Positions 7,486 to 14,713 of a stretch of 14,713 bases of DNA are shown here, in pieces. Under the pieces are notes generated by a model, which saw nothing but the letters and a program-made list of their open reading frames with translations, was not told where the DNA came from and made no database searches. The DNA comes from Candidatus Eiseniibacteriota bacterium (GTDB lineage Bacteria > Eisenbacteria > RBG-16-71-46 > CAZEPH01): contig JBGATO010000083.1 of assembly GCA_044229145.1 (NCBI GenBank), forward strand, positions 1 to 14,713. The letters run 5' to 3'. The first letter of the stretch is position 1. Every line of letters starts with the position of its first letter. A program made the position numbers and the translations under genes.

Positions 7486-8271
7486 TCACCGCCAGTGGAC
7501 GCGCACCTTGCGCGGCGCTCCGCCTTCGCGGGGCCGGTACAGCACGTAGCCGCGCATGCGTCCGAACTCGTACAGCGCCCGCGTGAGATGCACGTCGTCG
7601 CGACAGTACGATTCGAGCTTGGTGCGTTCGCCTTGCTGCCACCATGCGACGGCGGCAAGCCCGTTCGCCGACTTGCGCGCACCCAGGGTGGCGGAGACCA
7701 GGGCGTCGAGCGGCAGCCGGTGACCAAGGGCGCGTTGGATGTCGGCCATCAGGTCGAGTGTCGGCAAGGAGGCCAGCTTCGCCCGTGTGTAGCGGGAGAG
7801 CACGGTGTAGTCGAAGCCGAGGATGTTGAACCCCACGACGAGATCTGCCGCACGCAAGAGGGCAAGGAGCTCGTCGACGTCCTCTTCCCAGAAGGTGCGG
7901 AACGTGCCGGTGGCGGAGTCGTGGCAGATGGCCACCGAGACGCGCAGTTTGCGCAGCGAGCGCGCGTCGTGCCCGCCGACGTCGGCGAACGAGTGCTGCG
8001 TCTCGATGTCGAAGACGACGACGCGCGGCTGGGGGAATAGCGACGGCTGCCCTACGTCGAGCCGCGGCAAGAGTCGCGGCGCACGTGCCGTGCGCGGACG
8101 CGCCGGGACGGCAAGCGCCGGGAGTTCGAAGAGCAGCGGCCGGGAGTGCAACGCGGCAGATCGGCGTGAGGGTGGACGGGTCGGGGGAGAGACGTAGGCG
8201 GCCGGCGATGCGTCGAGAAGAGCGGTGGCGGCGTCCGTCACCGGCGCATCGTGTGGCAGGTCGTGGATCAT
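7486..8271 (-). CDS. Stand-alone DnaQ-like 3'-5' exonuclease (DEDDy, RNase_H_2/YprB-like)
   Basis: ExoI VVFDIETQ, ExoII VVGFNILGFD, ExoIII ESYCRDDV, plus LDALVSATLG and KSANGLAA. Start uncertain: ATG 8271 has GGAG upstream, while the track gives 8298. The ~80-aa N-terminal extension is low-complexity. Confidence 0.88.
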   Translation of the reverse strand: MIHDLPHDAPVTDAATALLDASPAAYVSPPTRPPSRRSAALHSRPLLFELPALAVPARPRTARAPRLLPRLDVGQPSLFPQPRVVVFDIETQHSFADVGGHDARSLRKLRVSVAICHDSATGTFRTFWEEDVDELLALLRAADLVVGFNILGFDYTVLSRYTRAKLASLPTLDLMADIQRALGHRLPLDALVSATLGARKSANGLAAVAWWQQGERTKLESYCRDDVHLTRALYEFGRMRGYVLYRPREGGAPRKVRVHWR

Positions 8272-8368
8272 CCCGTGGCTCTCCGCCCCTCGTCTCACGC
8301 GCTGCGCCCCGCCGGCGGGCGAGAGCGAAACGCGCCGCGTGCGACACTGTCATCGCGCGACGGAGAGA

Positions 8369-8396
8369 AGTGTAGCGCCTGCCTCCGACAATTCAC
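8369..8396 (-). promoter_or_regulatory. Possible promoter for the exonuclease gene
   Basis: Minus strand: (G)GTGAAT, 16-17 bp, TACACT (-10 at 8374-8369). Resembles the GTGAAA-17-TAGACT promoter at 5414. Confidence 0.4.
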
Positions 8397-8400
8397 CGCG

Positions 8401-9399
8401 TCAGCGCACGCCGCGTGCGTCGAGCCCGTCGAGAAAACCACGCAGCAATCGCACGCACGCGCGTGGGTCTTCATCGAACACCATGTGGCCGGCCTCTGGG
8501 ACGACGGCGAAACTGCAGCCCGGAATGCGCGCGGCAAGCTGGTAGCCGCGCCCCCACGTGAACCACGGATCCTCGCGACCCCACAGCACGAAGACCGGCA
8601 TCGTCAATTTCTGCGGGAAGACCGCCGGCGAATGGTGGCCGGCGCCCGCCGTGATCGCCAGCGCGGGAAGCGCCCGTCGCGCGCCGGGAAGATGGTACGG
8701 GTAGAGGAATCCTTCGAAGACCTCGGGCCCCGCGCGGTTCGGGTGCGCGTAGCCGCCGTCGCGGATGATCTGGACGAAGTCGGCATCGCGCGGCGCGGCG
8801 AACCATAGCGCGGGCACTCGCAGAACCGGCGAGCGCAAGATGCGCCGCAGGAAACCGTCCGCGACCGCGAAGCGCCCGTACTTGAGCGTCAGGCTGTTCG
8901 CCAGCGTGACCGACCGGACGCGGGCCGGCGCCGCCAGACCCATCGCCGCGGCGACTCCGCCGCCGTACGAATGGCCGACGACATCGGCCCGCGTGATGCC
9001 GAGAGAGTCGAGGACGGCGAACACGAGCGCGGCCTCGGCGGTGAGGGAGTAGTCGCCGTCGGCCGGCTTGTCGCTCAGACCGAATCCGAGCAGGTCGACG
9101 GCCACCACGCGGCGGTCGCGCGCCAGGGAATCCACCACGCCGCGAAACGTCCACACCCAGCCGCCGAATCCGTGCAGCAGGACCACCGGATCGCCGGCGC
9201 CGCGATCCACCACATGCAGCCGCCGATCGCCGACCCGGATGTACTCGCCGCGCAGCGATGCCGGGAGAAAGCCAGGAAACTCCGGCCGCTCGCGTCCCAC
9301 GGCCAGGGCCGGCCGTGCGCCGGCGCTGGCCGCGAGACACAGCAGCAGCAGCCAGGCGGCGAAGACGGCGCGCAGTCGAAGCGGTCGGGAGCAGGGCAT
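8401..9399 (-). CDS. Secreted alpha/beta fold hydrolase (MhpC/abhydrolase_1-like), 332 aa
   Basis: C-terminal part of track ORF 8401..10254. ATG at 9399 and signal peptide AVFAAWLLLLCLAASAGARPALA. Oxyanion motif LLHGFGG, DLLGFGLSDKP, nucleophile elbow GHSYGG, catalytic Asp in WGREDPW and His in EAGHMV. Confidence 0.93.
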   Translation of the reverse strand: MPCSRPLRLRAVFAAWLLLLCLAASAGARPALAVGRERPEFPGFLPASLRGEYIRVGDRRLHVVDRGAGDPVVLLHGFGGWVWTFRGVVDSLARDRRVVAVDLLGFGLSDKPADGDYSLTAEAALVFAVLDSLGITRADVVGHSYGGGVAAAMGLAAPARVRSVTLANSLTLKYGRFAVADGFLRRILRSPVLRVPALWFAAPRDADFVQIIRDGGYAHPNRAGPEVFEGFLYPYHLPGARRALPALAITAGAGHHSPAVFPQKLTMPVFVLWGREDPWFTWGRGYQLAARIPGCSFAVVPEAGHMVFDEDPRACVRLLRGFLDGLDARGVR

Positions 9400-9408
9400 C
9401 GGCCGCGC

Positions 9409-9476
9409 AGTATAGCCCCGGCGGCCCGTCGCGCGCCTCGCGCGGTTTGACCGCGCCGCCAGCCGGTTGTTACACT
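9409..9476. promoter_or_regulatory. Back-to-back divergent sigma70-type promoters
   Basis: Minus strand: -10 TATACT (9414-9409), 9 nt before the hydrolase ATG. Plus strand: TTGACC (9447-9452), 18 bp, TG-T-TACACT (9471-9476), upstream of the cohesin gene. Confidence 0.6.
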
Positions 9477-9564
9477 TCTCGTTCACCAGTCCCGTGCGCG
9501 CGACCCTGCCGCCGCGCCGGACCCGCGCCCGTGTCCGCGTCGCTCCCAGCGAGAGAAGTCCGCG

Positions 9565-10431
9565 ATGACAGCTTCCGTGATCCGACGCACCGTGAGCGCC
9601 GCCGCTCTCAGTTTGGGTGTCGTGGCCGGCTTTCAGCCGGCGATGGCAGCCGGCGTCCACGTGCGGCTCGACCCGGTCACCGCGAGCGTGAACCCCGGCG
9701 ACACCATCACGGTCAACGTCAACGTGACCCCGGGCGATGCGCAATTCAACGCCTTCGACCTCGTGTTCTCCTACGATCCGGCTCGACTGACCTTTCTCGC
9801 CGTGTCGCCGATCAGCAAGCAGGTTGGGCCGTTGGTGACGGGTGCGTGCGGAAACCTCTTCCACCTGTTCAATGCCAACGTCACCACCGGGACCCTGACG
9901 GCCAATCTCAGCTTCCTGTGCAACAACGTCTTCGTGACCGGGCCGGGGGTTGCCTACATCGTCAAGTTCAAGGCGGGCACGACGATGGGGACGACCACCG
10001 TCAGCCTGGCGCCCACCACGCAGTTCTACCGCGCGGGACTGTTCGTCAACCCGCTCGAGGTGACACCGCTCGCGGTGTCGATCGGGCAAGTCGCCGCGCC
10101 GGCTCCGGTGGCCGCCGCGCCCGCTTTGCGGCTTGGCGCGCCGAATCCCACGCCGCGGAGGGGTGACGCCGCCTGGCGCATCCCGCTGACGTTGGAGCGC
10201 GCGGGCGCCGTGCAGCTGGCGCTGTTCGACTCGACCGGCCGCCGGGCCGTGCAACTGGCGCTGTTCGACTCGACCGGCCGCCGGGTGGCGGTGCGCCCGG
10301 CCGAGCTACTGTCGGCCGGCGCGCACGTGGTGCGGTGGCGGCCGTCGCGTGTGGCGCCTGGGCACTACGTCCTGCGGGCGACCATTGGCACCGGCGTGCA
10401 GGCGGATACACCCTGCACCGTGCTCCCGTAG
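9565..10431 (+). CDS. Secreted cohesin-domain protein with a C-terminal FlgD-Ig/T9SS-type-A-like sorting domain
   Basis: Signal peptide ending PAMA-A. Cohesin-like VNPGDTITVNVNV...FNAFDLVFSYDPARLTF...IVKFKA. Ala/Pro linker. Tail with GAPNP...LALFDSTGRRV...AGAHVVRW...APGHYVLR. Confidence 0.82.
   Translation: MTASVIRRTVSAAALSLGVVAGFQPAMAAGVHVRLDPVTASVNPGDTITVNVNVTPGDAQFNAFDLVFSYDPARLTFLAVSPISKQVGPLVTGACGNLFHLFNANVTTGTLTANLSFLCNNVFVTGPGVAYIVKFKAGTTMGTTTVSLAPTTQFYRAGLFVNPLEVTPLAVSIGQVAAPAPVAAAPALRLGAPNPTPRRGDAAWRIPLTLERAGAVQLALFDSTGRRAVQLALFDSTGRRVAVRPAELLSAGAHVVRWRPSRVAPGHYVLRATIGTGVQADTPCTVLP
10207..10284 (+). repeat. 39-bp in-frame tandem duplication (AVQLALFDSTGRR x2)
   Basis: gccgtgcagctggcgctgttcgactcgaccggccgccgg (10207-10245) and gccgtgcaactggcgctgttcgactcgaccggccgccgg (10246-10284). 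One synonymous difference (CAG/CAA). Confidence 0.97.
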
Positions 10432-10446
10432 CCGCCGGGTTCCGAG

Positions 10447-10464
10447 GTGGGCCGGACGGCCCAC
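10447..10464 (+). terminator. Short hairpin after the cohesin gene
   Basis: GTGGGCC-ggac-GGCCCAC, starting 16 nt after the stop codon; no U-tract. Confidence 0.35.
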
Positions 10465-10502
10465 GTCATACTACGCCAGACCTTCCCGCACTCTCGCCGC
10501 CG

Positions 10503-10511
10503 TGGTAGAAT
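10503..10511 (+). promoter_or_regulatory. Extended -10 promoter element upstream of the large secreted protein
   Basis: TG-G-TAGAAT (-10 at 10506-10511) in a locally AT-richer patch. Weak -35 TTCCCG at 17-bp spacing. Confidence 0.45.
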
Positions 10512-10800
10512 TCCGATAGTTACGCTGCACGGATGCGGTGTCCGTGCGGCGATGCGTGTGGACATTCCGCTCCGGACTCCTCTTCGTGCTCCTCCCCAGC
10601 CAGGAGGTTCCCGTCCGGACGCTTCAGGCCGGTTCCCCACCCCCGTTGTCGCGCTCGGTCCTCTCGGCGCAACAAGTCGGCTCGATGCTCCATCGCGAGG
10701 CGGTCGTACGGCGCGTCGCGGCGCAACTCGGCCCACTGCTCCCATTCGTCACGTGTACCACGTGCGGTTCGCGCGAACTGCCGCGTGTGGGAGGCATTCT

Positions 10801-13800
10801 CTGATCGCATCTCGTCGCTTCCGTCATTCGCTCCTTGCTCTCGTGCTGGCTGCCTGCGGCGGCGGCTCGGTCGCGCGCGCCCAGACGACGCTGTTCCAGG
10901 AGACGTTCGAGGCGGCGTGGACGACGCCCCCGACGTTGCTCACCGGCGGCGCGGCATGGTCCGGCATCGGCAGCGGCGGCGCGCAGTGGCACCGCGAGGA
11001 CTACGTCGCCGGATGGGCGGGCACTGCCGGAGCCTATACGCCGGCCGGCGCGCTTGGCAGCGCGCACTCCGCGCGTTTCCACACCGTGGAGGTGGCGAGC
11101 GGGTCGACGGGATCGCTGCTCACGCCGACCCTCGACCTGTCGGCGCCGGGCGCCAAGCGGCTCGCCTTCTGGTTCATCAACACCACCGGGAACGATCGCC
11201 TCGAGGTTTTCCTGTCGACCGATGACGGGGCGACGTGGGGGAGTGCGCTGGCGAGCTTCGCGACGTCGGTGAGTTGGACGCCGGTGGCCGTGGATCTCGG
11301 CGCCGTGACCTCGGCCACCGCAAAGCTGCGCTTCCAGGTGACCTCCGACTTCGGGACGACCGATGTCGGCGTCGACAACGTGCAGATCGTGACACCGTCG
11401 CCGATCGGCGGCACCAAGACGGTCGGCGCCGGGGGCGACTACGCGACGCTGTCGCAGGCATTCGCCGCGTTGACGGTGAACGGTGCGGCGAGCGGCGGTG
11501 TGACGTTCGAGCTGGTACCCGGCACGACGTTCACCGAGGACCCGCCGGCGCTGACCGTCGGCGGCTCCAGCGGCAGCCCCGTGACGTTCCACTCCGCGGC
11601 GCCGCACGCGCAATTGCTCGCGACCGGCGGTGCCGGCACCACCGATGGCGCGATCGTGCTGCTCGGCGCCGACAACGTGACGTTCGACGGGCTCGACATC
11701 GGCGTGGCGAGCGGCAGTGCGCTCGAGTACGGCTACTTCCTGCGCAATCTCTCGGCGAGCAACGGTGCCCGCGACAACACCATCCGCAACTGCACGATCA
11801 CCCTGACGCGCGGCAACACCAACACGCTCGGCGTGCTGCAGAGCGCGAGCTCGGTGGCCGGCGGCTTCACGGCGACGTCGGCGGGCGGCGCGAACAGCGG
11901 CAACAGCTATCTCGACGTCACCGTGCAGAACAGCTACGCCGGGATGTACTTGGTGGCCGGCACCGGCTCGTTCCCAGACCAGAGTTGCGTCGTCGGGACG
12001 GCGGGCAACGGCGGGTGCGTGATCGGCGCGGCGAGCGCGAACGACATCGGCAACGGTTCGGCCGGCACCGTCTACGGCATCCGCTGCGAGCGTCAGAGCG
12101 GCGTGGCCGTGACCGGCGCCACGGTGCGCAACCTCACCGCCACCAGCAACAACAGCGTGATCGGCCTGTGGCTGGACAACTCGGGCAGTGGCACCTACGC
12201 GGCGGCGACGCTGAACGCCAACACGGTGTCGTCGCTGTCGTCGACGTCGACGTCCGCGTCGCAGCGGCTCTACGGCATCCGCGCCGACCTCACCAGCGGT
12301 GCCAGTGCGACGATCGTCAACAACGACATCTTCGGCCTGAATCCTGGCCCGGTGGCCTCGCCGACCAGCACCGTGCTCGCGGCCGGGCTGGTGGCGAACG
12401 CCGGCACCAACGCCGGCACCGTCAATGTGTCCTTCAACTCGGCGCGCATCGATCAGACGACCTCGCCCAACGGCACCAGCGCCGCGCTCTACGTCGGTGG
12501 CGGCACGGTCCACGTGCACGACAACATCCTGGCGAACACCACGCTGGGCCAGACCGGCGTCGCCACGCACTACGCGGCGTACGTGAGCGCCGGCACCATC
12601 GCCAGCGCCAGCCACAACATCCTGTACGCGCCGAACGCCAACGGCGTGCTGGGACGCGTCGGCGGTGTGGACCGCGCGACTTTGCCGCTGTGGGCCGCGG
12701 CAATCAGCGGCACCGCACCCACCGACGGCGCCGAAGCCGGCAGCATGGCGGCCGATCCCAACTTCGCCGCGCCGCGCGTGTTGCCGTTTGGCGGCCCGAC
12801 GCCGGCGGCGTTGAGCGGCATCGCGCTGGCCGGTATCACCACCGACATCACCGGCGCGCCGCGCGGCGCGACGCCGACCATCGGCTCGCACGAGACCACG
12901 CAACCGCAGGTCGATGTCGCGGCGCCGGCCATCTCCGGCGTGACCGTGGTGAGCGGCACCGCGCCATCGGTCACCGCGACGCTGACCGACAACGACGCCG
13001 CGACCAGTGGCGCCGTCACGCTGTGGTATCGCGCCGGCAGCAGCGGCGCCTTCACCGCGCTCTCGCCCGACGTCACCCCCGCCGGGTTCTCCGGCAGCTA
13101 CGCTTGGACGACCTCGCTGCAGGCGCTCTCGCCCGGCGTGTACCAGTTCTACCTCGCGGCGCGCGACGGCGGCGGCCGCGTGTGGGCGAACCCGATGTGG
13201 ACGACCGGCTTCACGGGTTTCGCCGCCGGCGACCCGCCGGCCTTCGCCGACAACCCCGCGAGCTACGCCAACCTGCGCAGCTTCGCGTTGACGACGCCGC
13301 TGGCCGGCGGCACCTACGAGGTCGGCGACGACCAGCCGGTGCTTCACAAGCTGACCGACGTCGCGACGCAACTCGCGGCGGCCACGCTCACCGGCGATGT
13401 CGTCTACGAGCTCAACGCGAGCTACGACGGCACGGTCGGCGAAACGCTGCCGGTGGTGTTCACGCAGCCGGTTTCGAGCGGCGGTCCGTGGTCGGTGACG
13501 GTGCGCGTCAAGGCGGGCGCCGGCCCGCGCGTCACCAGCGGCGCCTCGGCGAGTGCGGTGGTCATCCTCAGCGGCGCGTCGCACGTCACGCTCGACGGCC
13601 GCGAGGGCGGCAGCGGCAGCGCCCGCGCGTGGACAATCGCCAACACGTCGACGGCAGGCGCCACCGCGGCCGTGTGGCTGCGCTCGCTCGGCGCCGGCAG
13701 CGGCGCGCAAGACGACACGCTGCGCTACCTCACGGTGGCGGCCGGCGCGGATCAATCGCAATCGTCGAACGAGACCTTCGGCGTGTTCAGCGGCGGCACC

Positions 13801-14713
13801 GCGCTGGCGATCACCAGCGGCGGTGACGGCAACGATCGCAACGCCTTCATCGGCCTTGCGGTGAGCGCGGCGCGCTGGGGCATCTACCTGCGCGGTGGCA
13901 CCACCGCGTCGAACAACGGCGTGCTGGTGCAGGACTGCGTGGTCGGCCCGGCCGCGTTCGGCAGCGGGCAGATCGGGCGCGGCGGCATCATCGCCGAGTA
14001 TCAGACCGGGGCGACCATCGCGCAGAACGAGGTCCGCTTCGTCGGCGCGCGGTCGAGCGATCCGGTGGCAGGGGTCGACCGCATCGGCATCGGGCTCGGC
14101 GCGCACGATTGGGTGCCCTCGGCGCTCCCGGCAAGCGGCTGCACGGTGCGCGGCAATCGCGTGCACGACATCGCCGACGAGCTGAGCTTCTCGGCGATCG
14201 GCGTGCTGCTCGCGGGCGCGGGCAGCGGCACCGCCAACACGGTCGCCGAGAACATGGTGTGGAACGTGCGTGCCAACGGCACCTCGGGCGACCAGGCCGT
14301 CGGTCTCGGGCTCGCCGCCGGCGACGGCGACGTGGTGGCGCAGAACAGCGTGTCGCTGAGCGGCGACCTCGACCCCGCCGGCGCCGCGACGACGGCGCAG
14401 AGCGCCGCGGCGGCGCGCATCGCCTCGAGCGCCGTCACCAACCTGACCTTCGTCGACAACGCGCTGCGTGTCGATCTCGCCTCGAACGGCGGGACGCTCC
14501 ACCACTATGCGTGCATCGTGCCGACGTCGACCTTTGCGTGGGGCAGCGGGCGCTGCGACGCCAACGATTACGCGGCGGCGAGCGGCAATGCGCAGGCCGT
14601 GCTCGGGGCCAGCGGCACGACGCAGCCGTACAGCGATGTCGCCACGCTGGCGGCTTGGCGCGCGCAGTTCTTCGGCGCGCAGGACGCCGCGTCGATCAGC
14701 GGCGATCCGCTGT
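10801..14713 (+). CDS. Large secreted surface protein: cleaved-adhesin/MAM-like jelly-roll domain plus two right-handed beta-helix modules; 3' end beyond the window
   Basis: Not in the ORF track. Frame +1 is open to the window end (>1300 aa, Gly/Ala/Thr/Ser/Asn-rich). Signal peptide RRFRHSLLALVLAACGGGSVARA-Q. N-domain LFQETFE...LLTPTLDLS...LAFW...LEVFLSTDDGATW...LRFQ...VGVDNVQI (about 10880-11390). Beta-helix modules begin GGTKTVGAGGDYATLSQA (~11407) and GGTYEVG (~13306). Module 1 closes with DPNF...TDITGAPRGATPTIGSHE, followed by an Ig-like linker. Confidence 0.88.
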   Translation, partial: MIASRRFRHSLLALVLAACGGGSVARAQTTLFQETFEAAWTTPPTLLTGGAAWSGIGSGGAQWHREDYVAGWAGTAGAYTPAGALGSAHSARFHTVEVASGSTGSLLTPTLDLSAPGAKRLAFWFINTTGNDRLEVFLSTDDGATWGSALASFATSVSWTPVAVDLGAVTSATAKLRFQVTSDFGTTDVGVDNVQIVTPSPIGGTKTVGAGGDYATLSQAFAALTVNGAASGGVTFELVPGTTFTEDPPALTVGGSSGSPVTFHSAAPHAQLLATGGAGTTDGAIVLLGADNVTFDGLDIGVASGSALEYGYFLRNLSASNGARDNTIRNCTITLTRGNTNTLGVLQSASSVAGGFTATSAGGANSGNSYLDVTVQNSYAGMYLVAGTGSFPDQSCVVGTAGNGGCVIGAASANDIGNGSAGTVYGIRCERQSGVAVTGATVRNLTATSNNSVIGLWLDNSGSGTYAAATLNANTVSSLSSTSTSASQRLYGIRADLTSGASATIVNNDIFGLNPGPVASPTSTVLAAGLVANAGTNAGTVNVSFNSARIDQTTSPNGTSAALYVGGGTVHVHDNILANTTLGQTGVATHYAAYVSAGTIASASHNILYAPNANGVLGRVGGVDRATLPLWAAAISGTAPTDGAEAGSMAADPNFAAPRVLPFGGPTPAALSGIALAGITTDITGAPRGATPTIGSHETTQPQVDVAAPAISGVTVVSGTAPSVTATLTDNDAATSGAVTLWYRAGSSGAFTALSPDVTPAGFSGSYAWTTSLQALSPGVYQFYLAARDGGGRVWANPMWTTGFTGFAAGDPPAFADNPASYANLRSFALTTPLAGGTYEVGDDQPVLHKLTDVATQLAAATLTGDVVYELNASYDGTVGETLPVVFTQPVSSGGPWSVTVRVKAGAGPRVTSGASASAVVILSGASHVTLDGREGGSGSARAWTIANTSTAGATAAVWLRSLGAGSGAQDDTLRYLTVAAGADQSQSSNETFGVFSGGTALAITSGGDGNDRNAFIGLAVSAARWGIYLRGGTTASNNGVLVQDCVVGPAAFGSGQIGRGGIIAEYQTGATIAQNEVRFVGARSSDPVAGVDRIGIGLGAHDWVPSALPASGCTVRGNRVHDIADELSFSAIGVLLAGAGSGTANTVAENMVWNVRANGTSGDQAVGLGLAAGDGDVVAQNSVSLSGDLDPAGAATTAQSAAAARIASSAVTNLTFVDNALRVDLASNGGTLHHYACIVPTSTFAWGSGRCDANDYAAASGNAQAVLGASGTTQPYSDVATLAAWRAQFFGAQDAASISGDPL

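Noticed and set aside
8342..8351. Short palindrome GACACTGTC upstream of the exonuclease as a LexA-type operator
   Set aside because: Only 4-bp arms, a single occurrence, and no match to a LexA box I know. Expected by chance.
7403..8353. 316-aa minus-strand ORF overlapping the exonuclease
   Set aside because: Arg-rich off-frame shadow. The exonuclease motifs are all in the 7486-ending frame.
9400..10254. N-terminal 285 aa of the 617-aa hydrolase ORF as a possible fusion
   Set aside because: It is the antisense of the cohesin gene. The signal peptide and -10 element point to a start at 9399.
10207..10284. CRISPR-like repeat
   Set aside because: Two directly adjacent copies with no spacer, in frame inside a CDS, and no cas genes in the window.
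10624..14505. 1293-aa minus-strand ORF, and the 863-aa plus-strand ORF at 11235..13826
   Set aside because: Arg/Ala/Gly-rich shadows of the real frame +1 gene. Long stop-free alternative frames are expected at this GC content, and they show no recognisable motifs.

Overview
High-GC bacterial DNA from a diderm organism rich in exported proteins; a cohesin protein with a FlgD-Ig/T9SS-like tail suggests an FCB-group relative, but that is inference only. I count nine credible CDSs. (1-3) A leftward operon of three predicted lipoproteins: a copper type II monooxygenase (PHM/DBH)-fold protein that seems to have lost most canonical copper ligands, then two NHL-repeat beta-propellers. The second NHL gene runs off the left edge and is missing from the ORF track. 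(4) A divergent M20 dipeptidase. (5) A GNAT acetyltransferase with its own promoter and a ~150-nt structured leader containing an anti-Shine-Dalgarno sequence. (6) A small outer-membrane beta-barrel. (7) A stand-alone DEDDy/RNase_H_2 exonuclease with a beta-clamp-like QPSLF motif. (8) A secreted alpha/beta hydrolase. (9) The cohesin + sorting-domain protein, which carries a 39-bp in-frame tandem duplication. A tenth gene, a >1300-aa secreted adhesin/beta-helix protein that probably starts at CTG, runs off the right edge and is also missing from the ORF track. The most interesting candidate system is the PHM-like plus NHL-propeller operon, which mirrors the two-domain layout of eukaryotic peptide-amidating PAM but has a remodelled metal site. 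No RNA genes, CRISPR arrays or mobile elements were recognised. All family calls come from motif recognition by eye, not database searches.
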